Shown: piece by piece, positions 45,998 to 56,100 of the stretch
Position numbering within the stretch: the first letter of the stretch is position 1
How the letters are laid out: every line of letters starts with the position of its first letter
NCBI GenBank assembly: GCA_963752285.1
Contig: CAVVXN010000001.1
Location: 224,001 to 288,000, forward strand
Length of the DNA stretch: 64,000 nt
Source of the DNA: an uncultured Planctomycetota bacterium
GTDB lineage: Bacteria; Planctomycetota; PLA2; JAEUHO01
Reading direction: 5' to 3'
Notes under the pieces: generated by a model
Told to the model about the DNA's origin: nothing
The model's database searches: none
The model's input: only the letters and a program-made list of their open reading frames with translations
Position numbers and translations under genes: made by a program

Positions 45998-46858
45998 TCA
46001 CGCGCGGGTTCGCGCCTCGATCCGCTCGCGGAGTCGGAGCCAGGTCGCCTCGCGCACGTCGATCGTGCCGTCGCCGACCCCGAGGGCCACGTCGGGCTTG
46101 TGGGCGCCATGGAAGTCGCTGCCGCCGGTCGGCACGAGGTCGAAGGCCTCCGCCAAGCGCGCGTACATCCGCCGGTGGTACGGCGTGTGGCTCGGGTGGT
46201 CCACCTCCAGCGCGTCGAGCCCCGCATCGACCAACCGGCGGAGGAGCGGCTCGTGGCCCGCGCGGTCGCCGAGCCGGAGCTGGCGCGGGTGCGCGAGGCC
46301 CGCCGCGCCCCCCGCGGCGACGATCGCGCGGATCGCCTCCTCGGGCCCGGGCATCTCGCCCACGACGTACGCGGGACGGTCGTCGCCGATCCAGCGGTCG
46401 AACGCCTCCTGCATCGTGGCGACGTAGCCTCGCGCGAGGAGCGCCGCGGCGAAGTGCGGCCGCGCGACGATCCGACCCCGCGCCTGGCGTTCGACCTCGG
46501 CCGCTTCGATGGGCATCCCGAGGTCGCCGAGGCGCGCCAGGATCCGTCTGTTTCGCGAAGTGCGGCCGCTCCGGATGCGATCGAAGAGCGCTTCGAGGCG
46601 CGGGTCTCCCTCGCGAAACCCCCAGCCGAGGACGTGGAGGCTCTTCCCGTCGAACGTGGTGCTGACCTCGGCGCCGGTCAGGATCTCGAGGTCGGACGAT
46701 CCCGCCGCGGCCCGCGCCTCGGCGAGGCCCTCCGTGGTGTCGTGGTCGGTGATCGCGAGGAGCACGAGGCCGGCCGCGCGCGCGCGGGCCACCACCTCGT
46801 CCGGCGTCTCCGTGCCGTCCGAGCGGCACGTGTGCACGTGGAGGTCGATTCGTCGCAT
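45998..46858 (-). CDS. PHP-domain phosphoesterase (TrpH/YciV-like)
   Basis: DLHVHTCRSDG, AITDHDT, LAHP and TGGSDFHG motifs. Confidence 0.92.
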   Translation of the reverse strand: MRRIDLHVHTCRSDGTETPDEVVARARAAGLVLLAITDHDTTEGLAEARAAAGSSDLEILTGAEVSTTFDGKSLHVLGWGFREGDPRLEALFDRIRSGRTSRNRRILARLGDLGMPIEAAEVERQARGRIVARPHFAAALLARGYVATMQEAFDRWIGDDRPAYVVGEMPGPEEAIRAIVAAGGAAGLAHPRQLRLGDRAGHEPLLRRLVDAGLDALEVDHPSHTPYHRRMYARLAEAFDLVPTGGSDFHGAHKPDVALGVGDGTIDVREATWLRLRERIEARTRA

Positions 46859-46889
46859 CGAGGCCGCGAGACTACCCGGACCCTCGACC

Positions 46890-48599
46890 TCACCCGCTCC
46901 CGCGCACGAAGAACACGACGCGGATCCCCCACGGGAAGGGGATCGGGCCGATCTGCTGGAACCGCGAGATGCCCTCCTCGAACCAGAGCCGGGTCAGGGC
47001 CGAGCGGAGCGTCCCGATCCAGTGGTCCGGGTCCGGGTGGGTCTCCTCGTGCGCCAGGACCAGGACCACCCGGTCGCGGTGGGCGAGCGTCTCGCGGAAC
47101 CGCGACAGCGTCTCGGCGGCGTCCAGCGCGTCGCCCGGGAGGGGAAGGACGTCGCGCGGACCTTCCGGGCCGGCGTCCCGACGCGCGTAGTAGTCCCAGA
47201 CCAGGTCGAGGTACCAGGCGTGGAGCGCCACGAGGTCGCCCGGCCGCGTTCGCGCGCGCACCAGCTCGTGCACCCCGCGCCACGGCTCGCGACCGTAGGG
47301 GTGCCCGTCCGTCCACGCCGTGATCTCCGCGTCCGGGTCGGCGACGTACCGCGCCGGGACCGGACGACCGTCGAGGGTCCCCGCCCGGCCCTCGGGCACG
47401 AGCACGGCGGTCGCGCCGACGTAGAAGACGGCGCTCGCCGCCGCGACCACGGCGAGTCCCGCGTGGCCCGCGAACGAGAGGAGGCGGGGAAGGGACGAGA
47501 CGCCGAGGACCGCGAGGAGCACGACCCAGGGCGCGACGAAGCCGAAGTAGCGCTCGTGGACCAGCGGGAAGAAGGGATACGCGAGGAGCACGCCGCCGAC
47601 CGGGACGCCGAGGGTCGCGCCCACGAACGAGGAAAGGCCCGGCCGGCGAAGCACCGCGACCACCCCGAGCGCCACGGGGAGGAGCCAGAGGACCACGCCG
47701 AAGGCCACGAAGGGCCAGGTCTCGGAGAGGAGGGCGCCGAGGCCCGCCGCGGCGCGCGCCGGGTCGGCCACGACGATCCCGGGGCCCACGCCGATGCGCC
47801 ACGCGACGTAGACGAGCGTCGAGAACGGCTCCCCCCGCAGATGTGCGATGCCGCCGAAGTGGCCGAGGAGGTACACGAACCACGGGACGAAGAGCACGCC
47901 CGAGAGCGCGACGGCCGCGAGGAACGGGCGCGCGTCGAGCCGGGATCCCGTCCGCCGCGCCCGGCGCGAGGCCAGGAGGGCGTGCAGCGCGTGCGCCCCG
48001 AGGATCCACACGGCGAAGTAGTGCGTGTAGAGGGCGAGGGTCGCGAGCGCGACGTACCCCACCAGCGCGCGGCGCCGCCCGCCGTCGAGCCACGCGAGGT
48101 AGAGCAGCGCGAGGCCCAACGCCTCCACGAGGAGGAGCGGGTACATCCGCGCCTCCTGCCCGTACTCGATGAACGAGCCGAGCACCGCCACGAGACCGGT
48201 GGTCCACGCCGCGACGCGTCGGCCCCGGCCGCCGTCCGGCGCGTCGGAGAAGCCGCCCCGGGCGGGGACGCGCCCGGGATCGAGCACCCGGAGCGTCACG
48301 CACCAGACCAGCCAGATCGCGAGGATCGAGAGCAGGGCGGCGGGGAACCGGAGGCTCGACTCCGAGTCCCCGAACGCGCGGACCCAGGCGCGTGTCACCA
48401 ACCACCAGACGGGCGGGTGGCTCGCCTCCGCCGTCACGGTGAGGCCCCACGTGGCCTTCGTGGCGTCGCTCCACGTCGCGCCCTCGTCGAGCCAGAGGGA
48501 CCACGCCCCGAGACCCGCCAGCCGGAGAAACGCGCCGGCCACGAACAGGTTCACCAGGAACCGCGGGGGCCGCAGGCCGGCGAGGGACGGCGATCGCAC
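46890..48599 (-). CDS. GT-C fold membrane glycosyltransferase (GT39/PMT/ArnT-like)
   Basis: SLWLDE, HPP, SLRFP, QEARMY, LYTHYF and ERY motifs with many TM segments. Start uncertain. Confidence 0.85.
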   Translation of the reverse strand: MRSPSLAGLRPPRFLVNLFVAGAFLRLAGLGAWSLWLDEGATWSDATKATWGLTVTAEASHPPVWWLVTRAWVRAFGDSESSLRFPAALLSILAIWLVWCVTLRVLDPGRVPARGGFSDAPDGGRGRRVAAWTTGLVAVLGSFIEYGQEARMYPLLLVEALGLALLYLAWLDGGRRRALVGYVALATLALYTHYFAVWILGAHALHALLASRRARRTGSRLDARPFLAAVALSGVLFVPWFVYLLGHFGGIAHLRGEPFSTLVYVAWRIGVGPGIVVADPARAAAGLGALLSETWPFVAFGVVLWLLPVALGVVAVLRRPGLSSFVGATLGVPVGGVLLAYPFFPLVHERYFGFVAPWVVLLAVLGVSSLPRLLSFAGHAGLAVVAAASAVFYVGATAVLVPEGRAGTLDGRPVPARYVADPDAEITAWTDGHPYGREPWRGVHELVRARTRPGDLVALHAWYLDLVWDYYARRDAGPEGPRDVLPLPGDALDAAETLSRFRETLAHRDRVVLVLAHEETHPDPDHWIGTLRSALTRLWFEEGISRFQQIGPIPFPWGIRVVFFVRGSG

Positions 48600-48789
48600 G
48601 GCGCGGATGGAACCACCTCCCCCTCTCCGTGTCCAAACCGGCCTGCCCCCGACCCGGCCCGCGTGGGCTTCGTTCCCTCGTTCGCTCCGCGAGGCCGCGG
48701 CGCGGCGCGCGTACGCTGGACCTCGCGCGGACCGGAGGACCCCTCGGGGGGACCCCTCGACTCGGACCGCCTCGACCCGGGAGTGGACC

Positions 48790-51700
48790 ATGCTGAGCTT
48801 CGCGTCCCGCCGTTCGATCCTCTTCCTCGCCCTCCTCGTGGCTCTCGGCGCGGCGATCCCGGCCGCGGCCGACGAGCCCGCCCAGCGGAAGGAGGAGCTC
48901 CGCCGCGCGGAGGAGCCGCTCCGCGCGCGGCAGTGGGGCGACGCGGTCGAGGCCCTCGACGCCTTCCGGAAGGCGCACCCCGACTCGGAGGAGGCGGTCG
49001 AGGCCTGGGTGCTCGAGGCGCGCGCGCTCCTCGAGGCGGGCGCCGCCCAGAAGGCCCTCGACGAGACGAGCGGCTTCCTGGCCGCGCACGGGGAGGTCGC
49101 GTGGGCGGGGCGCATGCGGTCCACCGCGGCGGACGCGTACGCGCGGCTGAAGCGGCCGAAGGAGTCGGCCGAGACGCTTCGCGAGCGCGTGGAGGCCACG
49201 ACGTCGGAGGAGGCGCGCGCGAAGATCGGCGCGCTCCACCTGGAGCTCGCCGACCACGACTACGACGGCGTCGAGACGACGGACGACCTCGGCCAGAAGG
49301 TCGTGAAGAAGGACCTGGCGCGGGCCCTCGTGTCGTACCGGCACGCGATCGAGGTCGGGCTTCCCGCCGATCAGGCGCTCCGCGCGCGGGAACGCATCGC
49401 GCTCTGCCTCGAGGGGACGGGGCACGCGGACCAGGCGGTAGCGGTCTGGGACGGGCTCCTCGACGAGGCCGAGAAGGGGACGATCCAGGCCTCGCCCGAG
49501 ACGCGCGAGCGCTGGCTCGTCGGGCGCGGCCGGGCCCGCCTCGGCGCCGGTGACCTCGATGGCGCGCGGAAGGACCTCCGCGAGGCGCTCGACGCGGGGT
49601 CGGGGAAGCTCGACCCGAAGAGCGGCCTCCACATGGAGATCCTCCTGCTCCTCGGGCAGGAGCGGTTGAAGTCGGCCGCGGCGCACGGCGACGACGTCGC
49701 GTTCGAGGAGGGCGTCACGTGGCTCCGCCGCGCGATCCTCGAGCACAAGGACGATCCGCGCGCGGCGGGCGCGCAGAAGGACCTCGCCCAGTCGTACGAG
49801 TCGCGCGGTCAGTCCGAGAAGTCCGCCGCCGAGTGGGCGGCGTTCGTCGAGCGCTTCCCGAACGACCCCTTCGTGCCCGAGGCGCGCGACCGGCAGGCCC
49901 AGGCGTTGCTCCAGGCCGGGCGTTTCGACGAGGCGATCGCGGCCTGGGAGCGTTTCCTCTCGGCGCACCCGAACCACCCCCTCTGGCCCGCGGTGCGCGA
50001 GAAGATCGTGACGGCCGCGTTCCAGAAGGGCCAGGGGCTCCAGGCGAGCGGCGACGTGGACGGCGCGACCGCCGCGTACTCGGGCTTCGCGGAGAAGTAC
50101 CCGACCGACGCGCGCGCCCCGGTGGCCCTGCTCCTCGCGGGCGACCTCCTGCGGGGCAAGAAGGACGTGGACGCGGCGCTCCAGGCCTGGCGCCAGGTCG
50201 TCGGTCGGTACGGACAGACGCCGCAGGCCGCCGACGCGAGGCTCCGGATCGCGCTCGCCCTCGAAGACGACCTCGCCCGGCTCGACGAGGCCGTGAAGGC
50301 GTACGAGGAGGTGGTGGCGAAGCACCCGAACTCGCAACAGGCCGTGCAGGCCCAGGCGCGTCTCGCCCGTCTCAAGGCGAAGTCCCTCGAGCTCCGCATG
50401 GAGCGCGTCGTCGGGACGAAGGAGAAGCCGGTCCTCCGCGTCACGACCCGCAACATCGCGTCGCTCGACGTGCGCGTGTACCGACTCGACATGGAGGAGT
50501 ACTTCCGCCGCAAGGGCACGGTCCTCGGCGTGGAGGGGCTCCAGCTCGAGGTCGTCAAGCCCGACGTGACCGCCGCGTGGGGTGTCGAGGGCTACCACCC
50601 GTTCTCGCTCTACCAGGCCGACCGCGAGGTCCCGGTGAAGGAGGCCGGGGCGTACGTGGTGGTCGCCGGCGACGCCGACCTGACCGCGACGGTCCTCTTC
50701 GTCGTGAGCGACATCGAGATCGTCGCGAAGCGCGCGGCCGGGAGCGACCTGCTCGTGTGGGCGTTCGACCGGCAGGACCAGGCGCCGGTGACGAAGGCCC
50801 GCGTGCTCGTGGCGCAGGACGGCAAGGTCATCGAGGCCGGGACGACCGGAGAGGACGGCGTCTACCACGGATCGCGCGGGGACCGCGCCTCGCACGTCCT
50901 CGTGCTGTCGGACCACGGTCTGGCCGCCACGGGCCTCGACGACGGTCCGGCCGTGGCCGCGGGGTTCCAGAGCAAGGCGTACGTCTACACCGACCGACCC
51001 ATCTACCGGCCGGGTCAGCACGTCGATTGGCGCGCGGTGTTCCTGGAGGCGGGGGGGGGCGCCTACGCGCCGCCGAGGGCGCGGAAGGGCCAGGTCTCGG
51101 TGCGCGACGCGCGCGGGCAGACGCTCTTCGAGGACGAGGTCACCTCGAGCGCGTTCGGGGCGTTCGCCGGCGGTTTCGACCTCGACGAGGCGTCGCCGCT
51201 GGGCACCTGGCACGTCCAGATCCAGGTCCCGAACCAGGGCGCGTGGGACGGGGCGTTCGAGGTGCAGTCGTTCCGCAAGCCGGAGCTCACCGTCTCGCTC
51301 CATCCCAAGCGCGCGGTCGTGCTGACCGGCGAGAAGGTCGAAGCGGTGGCGGAGGTGCGCTACGCGTTCGGCGGTCCGGTCGCCGACGCGCCGTTGCGCT
51401 ACGAGGCGTTCCGGCAGCCCCAGGACTTCCAGCCCTCCGCCGCCGAGGACTACGGGTGGTACTTCCAGGACGACCGCCATCCGGAGGAGACACGGCGCGG
51501 GGCGGGCGGGGGCACCCTGATCGCGCGCGGCGAGGTCCGGACCGACGCCGACGGCAACGCCCTGCTCTCGTTCGACACGGCCGAGCGCGACGAGGACGCG
51601 ATGGTCGTGATCCGGGTCGCCGTGCAGGACGTCACGCGGCGCTGGATCGCCGACGAGGGCCGCATCCCGGTCACGCGGCGCGACCACATGGCCGTCGTGA

Positions 51701-53091
51701 AACTCGATCGGAGCGTCGTCCGCCCGCGCCAGGAGCTCCGCGCGGAGGTCCGCACCATGGACGCGCTCGAGCGCCCGGTGCCGAGGAGTGGGACGCTCCT
51801 CCTCCTCGAGGTGCGGCGTCGCCCCCTCCCGCCCCGCGGGATCGACCGGGGCGCGCGCGCGGTGCCGGTCGCCGAGGAGGAGGTCGAGCACGCGGCCTAC
51901 CCGGTCACGACCGGACGCGACGGCTCCGGCGAGGTCCGCCTCCAGGTGCCTTCGGCCGGACACTGGCGGCTCCGGTGGAAGGCGACGGACGGCCGCGGCG
52001 CGCTCGTGACGGCCGCCGCCGACGTCGAGGTCGCGGGCGAGGCCGAAGACCTCTCGAAGGACGCGCGTCTCGTCGCGTCTCGTCGCGTCGTGACCGAGGG
52101 CGACGAAGCCGAGGTGCTCCTCCAGAGCCCGGTCACCGGCGTCACCGCGCTCCTCACGTACGAGGCGGAGAAGGTGCTGTCGTACCAGTTCGTCCGCATC
52201 GAGGGCCGCAGCACGCTCCTCTCGCTGCCCGTCGGAGCCGAGCTCGCCCCGAACGTCTACTTCGAGGTGGCGATCCCCGCGTCCGGGCGGCTCCTCCAGG
52301 CCGACACCGAGGTGGTCGTATTGCGGTACCTCGACGTGGACGTGAGCCTGCCCGAGAAGGGCCAGCCCGGCGAGAAGGTGTCCGTGACCCTCCACACGAA
52401 GGACGCCCGCGGCCGGCCCGTCGCGGCCGAGGTCGGCGTCGCGTTGATCGACGAGACGCTCTACGCGCTCGCGCCGGACCGCGCGGGGGCCATCCGCCCG
52501 TACTTCTACGACCGCCGCCGGCAGAACGCGGTGCGGACGGCCTCCTCGCTCGGGTTCGAGGCCGCCGGCACGACGCGCGAGACGAACAAGGACCTGCTCG
52601 CCGACACCGCGGTACGCGAGGGCGGCGGCGGGCCCGCGCTCGCCGAGGCCGCGCTCACGGGGGCCCGCGAGGCGCTCGCGCGCGGCGACGGGGAGACCGC
52701 GGTCCTCCTGGCGCTCCGAGCCGTGGACGCCGACCCCTCGTCCATCGAGGCCCGCCGGTTCGCCGCCGGGCTCGACGCGCACGAGGAGATACGGGAGCTC
52801 GCGAAACGCTCGAAGGAGGTGGCCGATCAGCTCGCTCGCCTGGAGAGCCAGCAGCAGGCGTTGCTCGTCGTCGCCGAGCACGCGTTGACCGCGAGCCCGC
52901 CCGGTGAGCGGGCCCCGATGGACCCGAGCGCGCCGAAGCCCGAGGCGGCCCGGAAGGGCGAGCGAGCGCGACTCAGCGTGCGTGAGGCCGGTGAGATGGA
53001 CGCCCGGGACGCCGAGAGCGACGACGACGCGGCTGGCGAGGAATCGCTCGTCGCGGAGGGTCGTTCTCGGGGCCGGCCAACAACGGGCTGA
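48790..53091 (+). CDS. Alpha-2-macroglobulin family protein, N-terminal part (signal peptide, TPRs, MG domains); frameshifted near 53062
   Basis: YTDRPIYRPGQ, FRKPE, YAFGGPV, PNVYF and VALIDE motifs; N-terminal YbgF/BamD-like TPRs. Confidence 0.88.
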   Translation: MLSFASRRSILFLALLVALGAAIPAAADEPAQRKEELRRAEEPLRARQWGDAVEALDAFRKAHPDSEEAVEAWVLEARALLEAGAAQKALDETSGFLAAHGEVAWAGRMRSTAADAYARLKRPKESAETLRERVEATTSEEARAKIGALHLELADHDYDGVETTDDLGQKVVKKDLARALVSYRHAIEVGLPADQALRARERIALCLEGTGHADQAVAVWDGLLDEAEKGTIQASPETRERWLVGRGRARLGAGDLDGARKDLREALDAGSGKLDPKSGLHMEILLLLGQERLKSAAAHGDDVAFEEGVTWLRRAILEHKDDPRAAGAQKDLAQSYESRGQSEKSAAEWAAFVERFPNDPFVPEARDRQAQALLQAGRFDEAIAAWERFLSAHPNHPLWPAVREKIVTAAFQKGQGLQASGDVDGATAAYSGFAEKYPTDARAPVALLLAGDLLRGKKDVDAALQAWRQVVGRYGQTPQAADARLRIALALEDDLARLDEAVKAYEEVVAKHPNSQQAVQAQARLARLKAKSLELRMERVVGTKEKPVLRVTTRNIASLDVRVYRLDMEEYFRRKGTVLGVEGLQLEVVKPDVTAAWGVEGYHPFSLYQADREVPVKEAGAYVVVAGDADLTATVLFVVSDIEIVAKRAAGSDLLVWAFDRQDQAPVTKARVLVAQDGKVIEAGTTGEDGVYHGSRGDRASHVLVLSDHGLAATGLDDGPAVAAGFQSKAYVYTDRPIYRPGQHVDWRAVFLEAGGGAYAPPRARKGQVSVRDARGQTLFEDEVTSSAFGAFAGGFDLDEASPLGTWHVQIQVPNQGAWDGAFEVQSFRKPELTVSLHPKRAVVLTGEKVEAVAEVRYAFGGPVADAPLRYEAFRQPQDFQPSAAEDYGWYFQDDRHPEETRRGAGGGTLIARGEVRTDADGNALLSFDTAERDEDAMVVIRVAVQDVTRRWIADEGRIPVTRRDHMAVVKLDRSVVRPRQELRAEVRTMDALERPVPRSGTLLLLEVRRRPLPPRGIDRGARAVPVAEEEVEHAAYPVTTGRDGSGEVRLQVPSAGHWRLRWKATDGRGALVTAAADVEVAGEAEDLSKDARLVASRRVVTEGDEAEVLLQSPVTGVTALLTYEAEKVLSYQFVRIEGRSTLLSLPVGAELAPNVYFEVAIPASGRLLQADTEVVVLRYLDVDVSLPEKGQPGEKVSVTLHTKDARGRPVAAEVGVALIDETLYALAPDRAGAIRPYFYDRRRQNAVRTASSLGFEAAGTTRETNKDLLADTAVREGGGGPALAEAALTGAREALARGDGETAVLLALRAVDADPSSIEARRFAAGLDAHEEIRELAKRSKEVADQLARLESQQQALLVVAEHALTASPPGERAPMDPSAPKPEAARKGERARLSVREAGEMDARDAESDDDAAGEESLVAEGRSRGRPTTG

Positions 53092-53171
53092 TCGGCCTCG
53101 GCGGCGGCGCCGGCGGCGCGTTCCGCGGGCGGTCCGGCGGACGTATCGCCCTCCGGAGCCAAGGCGGCGGC

Positions 53172-56100
53172 ATGGTCGCGGGACGGCCCGTGGCGAACGT
53201 GCAGGCGAACGAGCCCGCCTGGGGCGCGGAGGGCTACCTCCTCGCCGACAAGAAGACGAACCTCGACCAGCAGCAGGCGTTCGGCTTCGGGAGCGCGATC
53301 GACGTGGCGCTCCGCCAGAAGTTCCTCGACACCGCGTTCTGGGCGCCCCACGTCGCGACCGACGACCAGGGGGAGGCGACCGTCGAGGTGACGCTGCCCG
53401 ACAACCTGACCACGTGGCGTGCTGTCGTGCGCGGCGTGAGCAGGGCGGCCCTCGTGGGCGAGGGGCGCGGCCGACTCCGCGCCGAGAAGAAGCTCCTCGT
53501 GCGCGTGGACGCCCCGCGCTTCCTCGTGACGACCGACCAGGTGACCGTGCCCGTCGCCGTGCACAACGCCACGGGCCGGCCGCAGGAGGTCCGGGTCGCG
53601 CTCGGCGCGAAGGGCGTCACGCTCGCGGGCGACGACGCGACCCTCACGGTGCCCGACGGGGGTCGCGCGGTCTCGGACCGCGACGCGACGACGCCGGGAC
53701 CGGGCGAGGTGCGCCTTACGGCCACGGCCACGGCGGCGGACGCCGCCGACCGGGTCGAGGCCGTGTTCCCGGCCCTTCCCCGCGGCATCAAGGTGGTCGA
53801 GGGGCGGACGGGCGTGGCGAAGACCGCGGGGGGCGACCTCCAAGAGACGTTCCTCGACGTGCCCGACGGCGCGATCCCGGGCGCGACGCGGCTCGCGGTC
53901 GTGATGTACCCCGGGCTCGACTCGGCGATCCTCGACGCGCTCCTCTCGCTCGATCTCTACCCGTACGGATGCATCGAGCAGACCGTGCACCGCTTCCTGC
54001 CCGCGATCGCGGCGCGCGAGGCGCTGCTCCAGGCGGGGAGCCCCGCGGCGACGCGACTCGATCGCCTCGACGAGGCGATCCGGCGCGGCGCGCTCCGGCT
54101 CCGGAACCTGCAGAACCAGGACGGCTCGTTCGGCTGGTTCCGCGGCGGTACCGGCGACATCGCCATGACCGCGTACGCGCTCCGCGGTCTTACGGGCGCG
54201 CGGAAGGCGGGCGTGGCCGACCTCGACGGGCCGATCGCGAACGCGGTCCAGGCCCTGGCTCGGGCGCTCGGCCAGGCCCCCGACGAGGACGTGCGCGCGC
54301 TCGCGCACCTCGCGCTCGCGACCGCGGGCGCGGTGGTCGAGGACCAGTGGGCGAGCACGTTCCGCCGCCGGGACGACGACCTCTCGGTCGCCGGGCTCGC
54401 GTGGATGGCCCTCGCCGCGCACGAGGTCGGTCGCAGCTACGACGCCGACGAGCTCGTCCGCCTGATCCTCCGCCGCAAGGTCGAGGCCGGCGAGTCCACA
54501 CACTGGAAGGGTCGCGCGACCGACTGCTTCACGGGCAGCGACCGCGAGGCGACCGGGCTCGCCGTCCAGGCGCTGCTGATCGGCGCCGAGCACCGCGACG
54601 ATGCCGAGCGGGGCATCCGCTGGCTGCTCGAGAACCGCACCGACGGCGGGTTCGGGACGACGAAGGACGTGGCGGCGTTCGTGGGCGCGGCTTCGGCCTG
54701 GGTTCGTGCGAACGGCGCCTCCGCGTTCGGCGGGACGGTAGACGTCCAGCTCGACCGCCAGAGCGTGCGCACCATCGAGGTCGGCGTGAAGGGGCTGGCC
54801 GCGAAGGACCGGCGGTTCCTCGTCGATGCGGCCGCGGCCCTCTCGCCCGGTCGTCACACGCTCGGGTTCCGTCTCTCGGGCCAGGGCGACCTGTCGTGGG
54901 CCGTGCGGCTCGAGGCGGTCGTGAAGAGCGACGATCTCCCCGCCGAGGAGCAGGGCATCGCGGTGCGCCGCCAGGTGCTCCGACCGGAGGAGGCGCCCGT
55001 CGAGGGCCAGCCCCCGCCGGTGAAGGCCGGCTACGAGGTGCTGCGTCCGGCCGCGCGTCCGCGCGTGGAGGCGCGCATGCTCGAGCGGGTGGTCGCAGGC
55101 GAGCGCGTGCTCGTCCGCATCGAGCTCGAGGCCCCGCGCGACCTCGACTACGTGCTCGTCGAGGACCCGCTCCCCGCGGGCTTCGAGGTGCTCGAGGACA
55201 CGGCCCAGGGCCCGTTCGCGTGGCAGGAGCGCCGGGACGATCGGCAGGTCTTCTTCGTGACGAGGCTCCCGAAGGGGACGACGGTCCTGACGTACGTGCT
55301 CCAGGCGACCTTCTGGGGACGCTTCACCGCGCTCGGTACCACGGCGGCCCCGATGTACCTGCCCGAGGTGCACGGCCGCGCGGCCGGCTACCGACTCGAG
55401 GTGACGCGGGAGGCCGGCCGCGGGACCGACGCCGAGACGGCGCCGACGCCCGACGAGGTGTGGGCGCGCGCGGTCCGGCTCTTCGACCACGGCGGCCGCG
55501 ACGAGGCCGTCCGTCTCCTGAGGGAGCTCCGCGACCAGCAGCCGCTCCGCGACGAGATCGTCGAGCAGCTCGAGGGGTACCTCCTCCGCGCGGCGATCGA
55601 CGCGAAGGACGCCAAGGAGATCGTGCGCGCGAGAGAGGCGCTCGTCCGGCGGAACCCTGCCGCGATCCCGAGCGACTGGGAGACACAGCGCCGGATCGCG
55701 TTCGCGTACCACGACATCGGCGAGTACGAGGTCGCGGCCACGCTCGATCGCGAGCTGGTGGCACGCGCGTTCGGCCTCCGCGTCGATTGGATGAAGACGC
55801 TGGCCGGTCGCGACCGCGAGGTGGAGGGTCTCGACGACCTGGGCCTGGCGCTCCGCTCGTTCCCGATCTCGAACGCCACGGCCGACGCGGCGCTCCGCCG
55901 CGCCGTGCGATACCGCGAGCTCGCGCGGCCGAAGGGCCGCGAGGGCAAGCCGGGTGCGCCGATGGACGCGGAGTCCGTCGCGGCCCTGTGGGACTTCACC
56001 GCGCACTTTGCGGGGACGCCCCTCGCCGACGTCGGTGCGTACGCCTTGATCAGCGCGCTGCGCCAGTCGGGTGACCTCGACGGGGCCGAGCACGCCGCCG

